DNA from: Squatina squatina
Taxonomy: Eukaryota
Direction of reading: 5' to 3'
Length of the DNA stretch: 46,090 nt
Assembly: GCA_031763465.1 (NCBI GenBank)
Contig: JARFOE010000115.1
Location: 16,407,875 to 16,453,964, forward strand
Position numbers and translations under genes: made by a program. The notes under the pieces are model-generated. The model saw only the letters and a program-made list of their open reading frames with translations. It ran no database searches and was not told the DNA's origin. This document shows positions 1-12,990 of this stretch, piece after piece. Numbering within the stretch: position 1 is the stretch's first letter; each line of letters begins with the position of its first letter.

Positions 1-481
1 AAAGTGCTGGGTGAGGGTCAGGATTCAGGGTCGGTGCCACAGGGCAGCACTTCTTCAGAAACTGAAACTGTTGGCTCTGAGGACACTGTGGTACCATCAT
101 CAACATCACATGAGGCTAAAGTAACTGTGTCTGTGGGAACTTCAAATCAAAAGACAACGATGCAGTACTGCTTGGAGTACTTTGAGCAGTTTTTGACCCA
201 GCTTATTACTCTTTATATTATTCCCAATGAAGTCATCTGCGAGGCATTTACAACAGCATTCCGTATGGATCTGTGCAGAGACAGAGGCCAGACTGATAAC
301 CGTGATCTTGCTAGTAAAGGCGATTCAACATTTCAAGTAACACAGCAACAGCAGGGTTCTACAGAACATCATCATGCATTCGCTGCTGCATGCCAACTTT
401 TCTTTGAGTGTTCCAGCTTTCCTGTTTACATTGCAGAAGGAAATCTAGCATCTTCACCTCAGACCAAGAAATCAGAAACTG
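1..481 (+). CDS. DOP1A: DOP1A (Dopey-1) internal exon, truncated at the window start
   Basis: Open frame with MQYCLEYFEQFLTQLI and AFAAACQLFFECSSFPVYIAEGN, matching vertebrate DOP1A; donor G|GTAAGC after 481. Confidence 0.9.
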
Positions 482-1202
482 GTAAGCATTTTTCATGCAA
501 CTTTAATGTGCAGGGTGAGAAAATGCTTTTATGATAGTCCCCACGAACCACTTGTTCGTGTGAATGCGATTTACCCACTATATGGCTGCTATAACGTTGT
601 AGCGCTATTACAGTATTCTACAAAAATGTTCCTTCTGTGCAGTCACCTTTTGTCCAGTTGTGTCCTGCTCCACTGTGACCTGCAACCATTAAGCTGCAAT
701 TAGTCCTTAATACAAAGTGTAACCCCGCACCACTTACAGGGGATTAGAAGAATTTAAATACACAAACCAGAATTCAACATTTATTCAGTGCACCGTAACA
801 AGGNNNNNNNNNNNNNNNNNNNNNNNNNNNNNNNNNNNNNNNNNNNNNNNNNNNNNNNNNNNNNNNNNNNNNNNNNNNNNNNNNNNNNNNNNNNNNNNNN
901 NNNTTATGTAATTAACTGAATATAATTTCCCCAGCTGCTCTGGTGGGCTTTGAACTCGCATCTCTGGATCAATAGTCCAGGCCTCTGGATTATTAGTCCA
1001 GTAACATAACTACTACCATTCCCAGCTGGAGAGAAAAGCTTTAAGCTGAAGAGCTCAGGGGCATCCATTTTGTGTCACTGTGAAATTTGCCACGTCCCAA
1101 ACTGTCTTCTTTGCATGTGAGTGCCATTTTGTGTCAATCATTAACAAATAATTGTGCTGGCAATTCACAACCAGTCAGGACAGGGCTGAGCTTGCCCAAA
1201 AA

Positions 1203-1345
1203 GCAAAATACTGCAGATGCTGGAAACCTGTAAACAAAAACAGAAAAAACTAGGACCTGAAACGCTGATTGACTGACTAACTTCTGTTTCTCTGCAGAAG
1301 CTGGCTCAATTGCTGAGCATTTCCAGATTTTTCTGCTTCTATTTT
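1203..1345. repeat. Short interspersed repeat, probably Penelope-derived; same family as 18438-18537
   Basis: AAATACTGCAGATGCTGGAAA, GACCTGAAACG and GCTGAGCATTTCCAG segments; the 3' part resembles the reverse complement of 18440-18518. Confidence 0.55.
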
Positions 1346-1725
1346 GAGATTACTCAAACTAATTTCATGTGAGACACAACCAGCAGAGAGGAGACTCTCA
1401 CCCATCAATCTGGATTGTTTCTTGTCTAGAGATATCTAACTCCCTGCACCACTCAGTTACTTAAAATTAAAGTACTTTACCCCACATTTTAATTAAATAA
1501 TCAAATGCAATATAGGATATTATGGATCTTCTATTGAGGAAGCAAGGGAGAATTGGGAAGAGTCATGTATAGAAATCCAAGATTAAGTATTAAAGATGCA
1601 GGAATTAATAAGTATTTTGGGGTGTAGCTTGATAACCTTTTGGGGCCAGAGAGTGTTTATGCTGAACTGTGTATCATTAACAATTAAAATATAACCCTTG
1701 CTTTTGTTTCCTTTTCCTATTAAAG

Positions 1726-1878
1726 CGAGTGGCAGTGACACTTTGGGACCAGTTGGGGGACAAAACCCCACAATATTATCAGAGAAGTGTGGAACTGTTT
1801 TATCAGCTGCATAACCTCGTTCCATCTTCCAGCATCTGCGAAGATGTCATCAGTCAGCATCTATTGCACAAAGACAAG
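1726..1878 (+). CDS. DOP1A: DOP1A internal exon (not in the ORF track)
   Basis: Pyrimidine tract and AAG acceptor; encodes RVAVTLWDQLGDKTPQYYQRSVELFYQLHNLVPSSSICEDVISQHLLHKDK; donor AAG|GTATGA. Confidence 0.93.
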
Positions 1879-2699
1879 GTATGAGGATTTACTAAAAGAT
1901 TTGAGCACTTCTACTGTTGTCAGACATGTTTGAGATAATTATGCAGCCATTGCTACTGTACTGAGATCACCGCTGCAGAATTTGCTCTCCTTGATAAATC
2001 CATGGCCAGAATGATATTGTGGCCGAGAAATTGGACCGTGTTTTTAAGACGTTGCCTGACCTACTTAGGCCCCAAAATGGCAGGCAGGAACCGCGCATGC
2101 ACTTCCAGCTGGAAATGCTCCATCCGCCATACTGGTTAGGACAAACATGAGCTGTCCGTTACCCGCACCTGAAGCAGGCATTGGGCCGTTTTCGTATGCC
2201 TAATGTCTGCTTGGGGTCTCTGCTCGAACAGTGGTTTGCCCTGAGGCGGCTGGAACTCAATGTTGTGTTACCCGATTAACTCTGCTCCAGGCACTCAGAT
2301 GCCCCATGCACCCCCCCCCCCATCACTCCTACCAGCCCCGATCTGCAGGCTCCCTGAGCATCGACCCTCAATCTTCCTCCCCACCGGGCCCAACAACCCG
2401 ATCTCCCTTCCGGCCTGACCTCCAGGTCATGTGAGGCACGACAGTAAAGAGTCATTATAGATTGCACACGGTTCAACTGTTCTAACCTTCATTGTTATTT
2501 AATCTCAATATTTTCAGTGATCGATGACCTGGAAATNNNNNNNNNNNNNNNNNNNNNNNNNNNNNNNNNNNNNNNNNNNNNNNNNNNNNNNNNNNNNNNN
2601 NNNNNNNNNNNNNNNNNNNNNNNNNNNNNNNNNNNNAGATGGCCTGATCTCTAGTTGGTTCCTCGACATGTTGGTCCAGAAGACCAGCCCGTATACACT

Positions 2700-2767
2700 C
2701 TAGGGCTTGAACCCACAATCTGCTGACTCAGAGGCGCAGGTGCTACCCACTGAGCCACAGCTGACAC
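2700..2767 (-). mobile_element. tRNA-derived SINE head fragment
   Basis: Minus strand TGTCAGCTGTGGCTCAGTGGG (A box) and GGTTCAAGCCC (B box); similar heads near 26254 and 36170. Confidence 0.65.
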
Positions 2768-2968
2768 AGGGTTTATAAGTAACACTGGATTCTCATTGGT
2801 AGTATTTGTATGTTTGTATTTCTAAATTGCAAGTAAGTCTCTCGGGAAATTATTGCAGGTGTCATTTGGACAGTGTAAAACATGCCATGTTTAAACAATG
2901 AATAATCAGCTTGGCTTAAGAAAATCATCTTTAATGTTAACTCTCTTTCTCTACCATTAATCCCATAG

Positions 2969-4702
2969 TTTTTGGACACCTTTCCTTTGACTCTGGAAAA
3001 CAGCCAGCTTCTAGGGGAACTATTAGCAAACATTTAGGTGCAGAAGAAATGGAGAACTTCAGCTTTACAGTGAACCCTCTAAGTGACAGGTTGTCTATGC
3101 TGAGCACAAGTAGCGAGACCCTACCATTTGGAGTGTCAGACTTTGATCTACAGGAGCAACAGGCAGAAATCCTCCATAGTTCTGAATCTGGCTGTTCCCA
3201 GTCCTCAACAGGAGACAACAGCAGTTATGAGGTAGAACTACTGAGCAGTGCTAAGACCAATGGGAATTCTCAAATTTGGTCAGAAGATTCCGTGGATGAT
3301 TTAGTGCAGCAAGTAGTTTCAGACTTGATCAACAGTGTTGTAAATGGATAAAAAGGCAAGTCCGAATATCTCGAGTGTCACGTTCAAGCACAGACTGAAA
3401 CCAATGTATTNNNNNNNNNNNNNNNNNNNNNNNNNNNNNNNNNNNNNNNNNNNNNNNNNNNNNNNNNNNNNNNNNNNNNNNNNNNNNNNNNNNNNNNNNN
3501 NNNNNNNNNNNNNNNNNNNNNNNNNNNNNNNNNNNNNNNNNNNNNNNNNNNNNNNNNNNNNNNNNNNNNNNNNNNNNNNNNNNNNNNNNNNNNNNNNNNN
3601 NNNNNNNNNNNNNNNNNNNNNNNNNNNNNNNNNNNNNNNNNNNNNNNNNNNNNNNNNNNNNNNNNNNNNNNNNNNNNNNNNNNNNNNNNNNNNNNNNNNA
3701 TGATGGAGAAACTGTCTGACAGAGAACTTGGCTTCAAAGATTTTCCTAAACCACCTGGTGCCAAGCCCAAAATAAAAGTAAGCAAAAAGAAGGAAGGTGA
3801 TAAAAAGGCACAAAATGAAAAAATGAAACCACCTAATGTGTTCTTTGGAGATAGCTTGGATCTGGAGAACTGGTATAGCTGCGGCGAGGGTGAGATTTCT
3901 GAACTAGAAAGTGATGTTGGATCTCCAGGAATCTGGAAAACGTCAAAATTTCATATCCATCCTTTATACCAGCATGTTTTGCTCTATCTTCAAGTGTGTG
4001 ACTCCACAAGGGCTTTACATGCTCTATCTGCTGTTGAAGCTATCTTGAAAGCAAATCCAGTCGGATTTGTGAGTGCCATTTCCACCACTGGTGTAAATAA
4101 TACCTACACTCCACAGCTCTCCCTACTGCAGAACCTCATGGCCAGACACCGAATCTCTGTCATGGGCAGGGACTTCTACAGTCACATCCCACTCGACTCC
4201 AGTCATGCTTTCCGAAGCTCTATGTACATAGAGATTATTATCTCTCTCTGTTTGTATTTTTTGAGGAGCTACTACCCAGCCCACATAAAAGTAACTCAAC
4301 AGGACCTTTCCGGAAACCGAAACTTGCAAATTGTGAGCATCCAGATCCTAACTTTACTTTTTACTGAGCTGGCAAAAGTGACTGAAAGTTCAGCCAAAGG
4401 CTTTGCCAGCTTTATATCTGACATGCTGCTGAAATGTAAAGTCCAGAAGGTAGTCCTCCACTGTTTGCTTTCCTCTATCTTCAGCGCACAGAAGTGGCAC
4501 CATCTGAGAACAGCTGGGAAGAATGTAACGGCCATTGAAGAGGGGTTATCTGAGGATAGTATCATCAACTTTTCTGAGGATGAAATTGACAATTGCAGCA
4601 CATTGCAGACTCAGCTACTAAAACTGGTGCAGCGATTGATTGTCCTGGAGCACAGAGTGATGGTTGCATCTGAGGATAGCGAGACAGGATATGAATTTGT
4701 CA
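2969..4702 (+). CDS. DOP1A: DOP1A large internal exon; 289-N gap at 3411-3699, cut by the gap at 4703, apparent in-frame TAA at 3349-3351
   Basis: Acceptor CCCATAG; ENFSFTVNPLSDRLSMLSTSSET, then after the gap LDLENWYSCGEGEISELESD, HPLYQHVLLYLQ and KCKVQKVVLHCLLSSIFSAQKW. Confidence 0.93.
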
Positions 4703-5245
4703 NNNNNNNNNNNNNNNNNNNNNNNNNNNNNNNNNNNNNNNNNNNNNNNNNNNNNNNNNNNNNNNNNNNNNNNNNNNNNNNNNNNNNNNNNNNNNNNNNN
4801 NNCATACTTGGAGCAAGGGAAGTTCAAAGATATGACCGAAGTTGTACCTATTGATAATTGGAGATTTCAACTACAATAAAACCTGGCTTACTTTATTTCT
4901 GTTCAATTCGCTTAGTTGTAGCAAACACGGGTAACAAGGATTATATCTTAATTTTGTAGGTATTGCAGTAATTTAATAGATTAACATTTAAGATCTACCA
5001 CCAGGATTCTAAATTAATCTTTTTACAAAAAAAAACTTTTTTAAATATACCATAATTGGACTGGAGATAAAACTTAAGCAGCTACCTAAATCCAGTCAGT
5101 GAATGCAATTTCATACAAAAACCTAACTGCAATCTGATACTGATTCAAACTTCTTATTTATTTTATTTGTCGCAGTGTTCTCAGTGTTTTCAATGTGCTA
5201 GCCCACAATGATCTATTTTAACCTACTTTTTCTGGTTTTCCAAAG

Positions 5246-5357
5246 GCCTACTTGGATGGCAGTGAGCATTGCCCCAGATATGATTCTCACTCTCCTTGAA
5301 GGAATGACCACAATTATTCACTACTGTCTGTTAGACCCTTCTATACAATACCACCAG
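5246..5357 (+). CDS. DOP1A: DOP1A internal exon
   Basis: PTWMAVSIAPDMILTLLEGMTTIIHYCLLDPSIQYHQ; donor CAG|GTGAGT. Confidence 0.92.
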
Positions 5358-7386
5358 GTGAGTAGAATTACAAACAGTGACGGGAACATTAACTCACATA
5401 GTAAAGATGCTTTGCAACAGTTGTAGCCAATGTAGGCTCTAGAGAAAAGCTTTTACATAAGCACAGTCCTTTTAAAAAGATTAATATAAAATATAATTNN
5501 NNNNNNNNNNNNNNNNNNNNNNNNNNNNNNNNNNNNNNNNNNNNNNNNNNNNNNNNNNNNNNNNNNNNNNNNNNNNNNNNNNNNNNNNNNNNNNNNNNAG
5601 TACGTTCAAGCTTATCATAATACTTTATAGGCATTTTTAAGAGGAGCTCATAATGTTAAGACATGCCCTTAAATATCAGGATTACACAAATTCAATATTT
5701 ATTAACCAAAAAGACACCTTAGTGGGTTGTATTCCCTTTGATGTGCCGTGAATTATTAACCATTTCCACTTTAGAAATACATCTTTTTTATTTTGGTCCT
5801 TTATTACTCTCCACACGATTGTCTATAATGAGAAGGTGGGCGGGCGTCTTGGTTACATTTTGCTCTTAATTTAACCACTGGGACGTGCATCAGAGGTGAT
5901 TTGGGGTGTCTCTTCCTCTTATTTCCTCTGTGCCATCAGACAAACCCCAGTTCAATGCTTTTCTAGAGAATACAGTTTATACTACCCTGAATGACACTTG
6001 TTGCCTATCAGATGAGTGTCACACACTAATTTTTAAAGCTGTAGCATCACTGAATTTTACTCTGCTATCATATTTAATTTCAACCAAGATTTTGTTATCT
6101 AATTTTTGTCTTTAATGCTCCCATGTATCACAAACTATTCCCAGGAACTGCATTGCAATCAAGGGAGATGAATTGGAAGAACTCAGAATATTCCTGAATA
6201 CAGATCAGTTTAGATTCAGATGTTCTGGTTGCTCTGTATAAGAATAACATCATCTTATTGAACATTTGCCAGAGTTGTTCTTGAGCTGACTGTAATAAAG
6301 CGGGCAGCAGTGACCCTGGATCCTTGCTCTCCAATTATCCCTCTGGGGAAGGAACCAGTTCCACTCAACATCTATCCCTACCACCCAACTTCCAATTGCA
6401 TGCGGAAGTGGTCAGATATTGTGTTTGTGCTCCAATACTCTTCCCTGCTCTGCCAGCCAAGTGCTTATACTTCCCTTCCCCTTAATATTTTTAATGACAT
6501 TTTGTGCTTAACAATGTAAACTTTCAGTGCTGGGGAATGAAATACTTTCCCACTTTTGCCACCCATCATCAGTATCTAGCCATCCCGATGCAGTAGGGCT
6601 TAGTGGAGAGGTAGGGTATGGTTCCCTCATCTGTCCCTTAAACCCAGATGTGGTAAAGCACCCCTACTGCACCAGTGTGAACTAGGCTGAGACTGCCTTA
6701 GATTCACTTCATAGGGACCCTTAGAGCCAGCAGGAATTTTTCATCTCCAAGTCTGGGCTGAATTTGAATCCATTCCCACATTGTGCTAAGTTACCATGCC
6801 ACCCAATCGACATGTGTTTGATTTTTTTAAACATGGCATTCACAAGGACTCTTAACTTTATTAGCCAGTTTTACCAGACCCATTTTACAGTCATCCAGTG
6901 ATTCATTGGGCTAAACTATTCCAAAGTGCTTTGCTGGTCCAGTCAGTGTCTGGAGATCGCCCTATGGAGAAACCTACCTAAATGGATGCTGAAAATATCT
7001 GATGATTGCTGTAGGATGTGACCAGCGATCACAGTGGGACGTGAGGTGCTACTGGTGATCCATGCACACCTACGATTGCCATATTACAGCCATGTCGCTG
7101 TAAAGAATCGGTAACTGGAGTCCAGGTGCTCCTGCACAGGTGGGAAGAAAAGCCATGTGGGTAAGCCATCCTGCTGTCTGCTAATTAATGGCACAGCATG
7201 GGTGCAGGTCATCCAACATCCCTCTTGGCAGTGGATGAGACCTTACTGGGAAAAAGAGGAGGGCAACTTTCACAGAGAGAATGTATTCTCTCATCCAGAG
7301 TAAAGTAAAACACAAAATAGAGTTAATTATTGATTGCAAGCTACACTGTATAAGCTTTCTAACTTGATCTGACCTTCCTTTTGTAG

Positions 7387-7491
7387 GATTTCAGTGCAGA
7401 ATTTGGTAGATAGCTGGCCGTCTCTTTTGACATTGCTGAAAGATTCTGTTCAACTTTATCTACCCCCACCGGGGCAATTCCTCATCCTTGG
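7387..7491 (+). CDS. DOP1A: DOP1A internal exon
   Basis: TTTGTAG acceptor; ISVQNLVDSWPSLLTLLKDSVQLYLPPPGQFLILG; donor GG|GTAAGA; phase fits the next exon. Confidence 0.92.
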
Positions 7492-8359
7492 GTAAGAAGC
7501 ACTGCTGAATTTGTTCAGAGAACACTAGGGTCGTAGGGNNNNNNNNNNNNNNNNNNNNNNNNNNNNNNNNNNNNNNNNNNNNNNNNNNNNNNNNNNNNNN
7601 NNNNNNNNNNNNNNNNNNNNNNNNNNNNNNNNNNNNNNNNNNNNNNNNNNNNNNNNNNNNNNNNNNNNNNNNNNNNNNNNNNNNNNNNNNCAATACCCTG
7701 TACCTGCTTTTTCTCCATACCCCCTGATCCCTTTAGCCACAAGGGCCACATCCAACTCCCTCTGAAACCAAACCATGTAGAGGCACCCAGTATTCAAACA
7801 CTGTGTGAATTGAGGAATTATAAACCAGTTAATCTCCCATTAATAACTTAGAAAATGCTTGGCCATGCTCTCTCTGCTCATTTAAGAGGTGTGGAAGCCT
7901 TCAGGGATAATCAAATGGTTTAGAAGCAATTGTGTGCCTTGCAAATCCATTGGGATTTTTGGAAGAGCTATCTAACTTAGTGGGCATGGAATGTCTACTG
8001 AATATAATGTACTTATAAGGTGTTCAATGATCTATATCTGAAGCCATTGAAGGCTTCTGTTTGTAAAGGTAAAGTAACCAGTTGGAATGAGAATAGATAG
8101 TGACTAGTGGTGTTCATAACACCAAAAATACAGTACTCACCATGAGTATGTGGAGGAGAATTATAGGCAATGTGTGTAACTGTTAGTAAACATTCATCCT
8201 TTATTCACTCGTTATTCACCTTATTACTGTTTATGGGACCTTGCCTACAAAATAATAACTACATTTCAAAAATAATTAATTGGCTGCAAAGTGCTTTGGA
8301 ATGTGCCATGGATGTGGAAGTCTTTTTAATACTAGTTTGTTCTTGACTTGTGTCCTTAG

Positions 8360-8426
8360 AGTACTGAATGAGTTCATCATGAAAAATCCCAACTTGGAAA
8401 ACAAAAAGGACCAAAGAGACTTGCAG
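8360..8426 (+). CDS. DOP1A: DOP1A internal exon
   Basis: CCTTAG acceptor; VLNEFIMKNPNLENKKDQRDLQ; donor CAG|GTAAGA. Confidence 0.93.
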
Positions 8427-8562
8427 GTAAGAGTAGTTTTTTTTTGATAAATCTACTTTAATAAATCAGTTAATTGATAAATTAATGATAAATCATTCTT
8501 GTTGCATCTGTATTCTGCTAATGAGTGACATATATGGCCTGTTCATGTCTTTGGTTTTCTAG

Positions 8563-8707
8563 GATGTCACCCATAAGATAGTGGAGGCCATTGGGACCAT
8601 TGCAGGCTCCTCCTTGGAGCAGACCACCTGGCTAAGGAGGAACCTAGAAGTAAAGGCTTCTCCACAAATCCTCGTAGAAGGAAGCAGCCTAGAAAGGGAT
8701 GTTGAAG
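8563..8707 (+). CDS. DOP1A: DOP1A internal exon
   Basis: TTCTAG acceptor; DVTHKIVEAIGTIAGSSLEQTTWLRRNLEVKASPQI; donor G|GTATGA. Confidence 0.92.
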
Positions 8708-8898
8708 GTATGAATCATTCTAATAGCCATGTGGAGGAACATGCCAAAACCCTCCATGGAACAGTCATTTTAAAGTGGCGTTGCACACTTAGAATAAANN
8801 NNNNNNNNNNNNNNNNNNNNNNNNNNNNNNNNNNNNNNNNNNNNNNNNNNNNNNNNNNNNNNNNNNNNNNNNNNNNNNNNNNNNNNNNNNNNNNNNNN

Positions 8899-9062
8899 AT
8901 ACCTAAGGCTGAGATGGACAGATTTTTGATCAGCAAGGATATGGGAAACAGGCAGGAAAGTGGAGTTGAGGCCAGAAGTAGATCAGCCATGATTTTATTG
9001 AATGGCGGAGCGAGCTCGAAGGGCCGAATAGCCCACTTCTGCTCCTCTTTCTTATGTTCATA
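8899..9062 (+). mobile_element. CR1-type LINE 3' end (HER1/HE1-like tail)
   Basis: AAGGCTGAGATGGACAGATTTTTGAT...GATCAGCCATGAT...GAATGGCGGAGC...TCGAAGGGCCGAAT; related copies at 15781, 24557 and 27156. Confidence 0.75.
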
Positions 9063-9370
9063 TATGTGACTCTGAGACCTGCACAGCTGTGATGACCACT
9101 TGTTTCACACTTGTTCTGTATGTATTGGAATTTGTATAAGTTGGACTGGAATTCAACACTTTTTTGTTAATTCTGTTGGGGATTGGAAGCTCATTGAACT
9201 TGAGAAGGAGCAAGACATAAGGCTGGTGATTCTCTTTGCTTCGGCAAATTCGATGCTGGAAACCCTTCTGTTTTCTGTAGCTTTTTCTGAATGGGATTTT
9301 CTCTTTTATTTGGTGTAAGCCATTGCACAGCTTTCCTTCTCGTCCTAAAATTGCTGTGCTTTTCTTCCAG

Positions 9371-9520
9371 TGCCCACAATGCCCCAAGTTACCGAGCGTG
9401 TGTGCAGTTGGTAAGCAGTCTGAGTGGCTATCAGTATACGAGACGGGCTTGGAAAAAAGAAGCGTTTGATCTTTTTATGGACCCCAACTTCTTCCAGATG
9501 GATGCATCTTGCGTTACTTA
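9371..9520 (+). CDS. DOP1A: DOP1A internal exon
   Basis: TTCCAG acceptor; [48 protein letters not shown]; donor TA|GTAAGT. Confidence 0.94.
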
Positions 9521-9619
9521 GTAAGTTGGATGTGCTGTTTGCAGTTTACTTTCTATGCTTCTGCAAGAACCAAAGGGTGGTAAATCTGTGAAGCTGTTGA
9601 AGCAAGCTTTAGAAGCAGG

Positions 9620-10608
9620 TTCAGGAGACTGCTACATGTGTTTCTGGAGAGGAGAGATGAAAGTTTGCACCGAATGGTCACGGGAAAAGCTCAGGTTACA
9701 GAGGCCTGTGTAAACGTAGTACTTAATGGGATACAATAGTTGGGAGACCAGGGTCAAAGTCAGAGGTCCCATGGAAGGACAAAGCTGGCATGAGCAGGAT
9801 GGGGCCAGTACGGTCATCGACGAACCGCTGTTGAAAGCAGGCGAGTGAAGTCCAGAAGCTATTTGAAGTGTAGAGTGTTCGAGGATGTGCTGTGGGAAGG
9901 AGAGTCGGTCGCGGTGCAGAAAGATGATGGCGATGTTGACACAAGTTTAAGATCGCCGTAAAACCACAGCCAGTGACCGACACAGTTGAAAACTGGTAGA
10001 ACGAGTGAACTAGTAGCTGCTAGCAAGAAACCAGCTGAGCTGGAAAACCAACTCAGCAGAGACACAGCTGCAGTTAAAAGGAAAAATAAATTTTAGCAGC
10101 AGAGATAGAGAAACAGCAGGTAGTCTTACGGTGTAATCCAGTGTATAATTAAGTATCCACACTGGACAGTGATTTACCAACTGCCATAAGGGAGATATGT
10201 TGTATAATCTACTCATGCAGGTGAGTGAAGAGTGGATGAGAATTCGCCATGTGGTAAATGATGGGTGTGAATGCTTATTCTGCACACATGGATGGTACAT
10301 GAGCTTGCCTTCTGCTGTATACTGTCGCTCACTGTCCCCTTATTTCTCACTGTTTGATCAGTTATATAATAGATTATGCACCAGTGACTAGCAGCTGTCC
10401 CCGAAATGATTTTGCTGACTGCATCTCACCTGGGTAAATACAATTGTTTGATTTATGGCCTGGGGTCTGTGTTGAATGATTTTGGATTGGGGCTATTTTA
10501 AATTAGATAAAACCCAGAAACTTCAAGAGTAGCAATTTGTGTCAGTTTCAAGTAGCTTGAATTAATCCATTAACTCCACGTATTGAAGATGACATGTTTT
10601 TTTCAACA
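9620..10608 (+). mobile_element. Probable degenerate Ty3/Gypsy 3' remnant (pol tail, polypurine tract, LTR)
   Basis: Purine tract AAGGGAGA directly before TGTTG (10198), with CAACA at 10604-10608; upstream frameshifted GD.VKVR-like codons. Confidence 0.4.
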
Positions 10609-10794
10609 GGAAGGATGGTGTCCCTATAGGTTACAAAGGAAGTACGTTCCACAGGTATGCCCTGAAATTTAAGACTCTGTTTCCCAGTGTTCCATTTTGG
10701 GTTTTGACATGGTTATGCCATTGGGGATCAGCTTCAATCACCACTCCATAAGACCTTGAGTCCCTTACAGACCGGAGTGTGTCTTTATTTGCCC

Positions 10795-10899
10795 AGTGTT
10801 TAGGTAAATGTAGCAAGACTTGGGGATTGAACAGAGAACCTTTGACACTGGATTCTGGCTTATTGTAATCTTGTATCAAACCTTGGTTAGACCACGTTA
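10795..10899 (+). mobile_element. CR1 ORF2 fragment
   Basis: Encodes ILYQTLVRP, similar to the CR1 LYKTLVRPHLEY motif. Confidence 0.55.
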
Positions 10900-11750
10900 N
10901 NNNNNNNNNNNNNNNNNNNNNNNNNNNNNNNNNNNNNNNNNNNNNNNNNNNNNNNNNNNNNNNNNNNNNNNNNNNNNNNNNNNNNNNNNNNNNNNNNNNC
11001 CAGCGCTGGCTTGGCCTCTACCTATCTGCATGCAAATTCCTGGATCTGGCTCTGACCTTGCCCTCGGAAAACCTTCCCCAGTTTCAGATGTAAGTGAAGG
11101 GAGATGTATTGTTTCCTATCCAGCATAGAGTGGAGTTTGAACTTGTTACCATTATTATGGCTGTAATGTTTTCCAGGGGAAGGAGAGAAGAGAGAAACAT
11201 GTTTAAAGGATTTGAATGCAAGACACCTTTCTTTAATCTGTAATCAATGCTTTTGCAGACTTGTGTTCTTGGTAATGTATTCTATGGATATGGGAAATAA
11301 TATTCTGGGATGGAGTTGGGGCTTGAATCCACCCTCCCCACTAGATGTTCTGGCTAATGGTATCCCTTGTCCTTGGACATCCTGTTAGTGCACCACTCGA
11401 TCAAAGCAGTTTCTTTATTTAAAATAACTTTCCTTCTAATGTGAACCTTTAATAGTATAATTTGTTGCACTGATAACCTGCGCTCGGACCTCCATTATTG
11501 GAAGGACTCATCTTTGGATCATCGTGCCATTTTTCATAGATTTTTCAGCATAGTAAGTTCCTGGACATATTTCAGTTTGCAATAGAAAAAACTATTATTT
11601 TCAAAAGAAAAAGGTAAACCCAACACGAAAATACATTGAGTGCAAGTTCAGATATGGTTATGGCAATTATCTGCAGACCACCAACTGGATAGAATTTGTG
11701 ACTTCACTCAACAAATTGTTAATGGGAGCTGCCAGTATTCTTATGAGTCA

Positions 11751-11765
11751 TGTGTGTGTGTGTGT
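11751..11765. repeat. (TG)n microsatellite
   Basis: Short TG dinucleotide run. Confidence 0.8.
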
Positions 11766-12139
11766 ATTTGAAACCCTGGATAACCTGCAAAGCACGAATG
11801 CATTGTGTAATCAGTCATGTAACAGAAGAAAAATTAAACGGTGTCTAATCTCTTGGTGTAAATTCTAGTTAATTCTTAAGATTTTCTTACAGATGTATCG
11901 ACTATTTCGAGTTCACTAATTCAAATATCAATCTAACCATGCAGAATGATCGTGGCAGTATTGTTTCCAAAGTATGGATGTTCGTGATACAACCTGATAA
12001 AGGGACTAACCGAACTACTGTCGATGCTTGTGTTGTTGCTATTCAGTAATTTTTGTGCTTTGACTTCTGGGCGCTTTATAAAAATGTTCAAAGCAATGTA
12101 TTTACAGAGTTACAATGAGCTTTAATTCACTATGTTTAG

Positions 12140-12269
12140 GTATCGTTGGGCTTTCATTCCAGAAGTATCTGATGATTCAGGTCTGGAGGTTCGCAGACAG
12201 GGAACACATCAACGAGAATTCAAACCCTACGTGGTTCGACTGGCCAAGCTGTTGAGGAAAAGAACAAAG
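12140..12269 (+). CDS. DOP1A: DOP1A exon near the C-terminus; later exons not seen
   Basis: TTTAG acceptor; YRWAFIPEVSDDSGLEVRRQGTHQREFKPYVVRLAKLLRKRTK; donor AAG|GTATTT. Confidence 0.94.
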
Positions 12270-12719
12270 GTATTTTCTTTCCTCTTTCTCTCCAATTTTC
12301 TCCTTTCTCCACCTCACCTGAATAGGTTTTGATGGGCACCCTCCAGTAGGTTTGACTGTGACTGTCAGCAGGCTGGCCAACTCCAGGAGGCATCACTGCT
12401 GAACCCCATCCAAATTCGAGGCCTGATGCACTGAGCCAGCTAATAAATTTACTGCGCTATCTGGGAGCCCAAACCTGCTGGCATTGCAGGCAGTCTTCCA
12501 GTTATGCCGATCAATTATTTTAACCTACAATCCATGACATTTCCAATCTAAGATGTGACTTAATGAGTGTCATAGCAGGGAAACTACAGAAGGCAAGAAG
12601 AATTAACAAAAGTTACTGATCTACTGCTATGTACTATTTAAACTGCTACATGGGTAGGGTCCATTGTGGCTGCAGATTACGCAGTATTTACAGCAAACCA
12701 TTTGGCCCAACAGGCCAAA

Positions 12720-12990
12720 TTAGTATTTAGCAAAACAATCATTTTCATTTATGTAGCACCTCTAACATAGTAAAAAAAAACAGTGGCATAATCAAAAAAC
12801 GGGTGCTGGGCCAAAGAAGAAGATATTAGATGGGGTAGCCAAAACCTTGATCAAAATGGTGATTTTAAGGAGGGCTTTAAAGGAGGGGGATTAGAGAGTG
12901 TGGGGCCAGGAAACAGGGCCACGAATGGTGGAGCGAAGGGAGTGGGAGAATGCACACAAGAGATCAGAGTCAGGGCAACTGAGTGGCCAG
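12720..12990 (-). mobile_element. L2-type LINE 3' fragment
   Basis: Resembles the reverse complement of the copy at 17790-18083. Confidence 0.55.
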
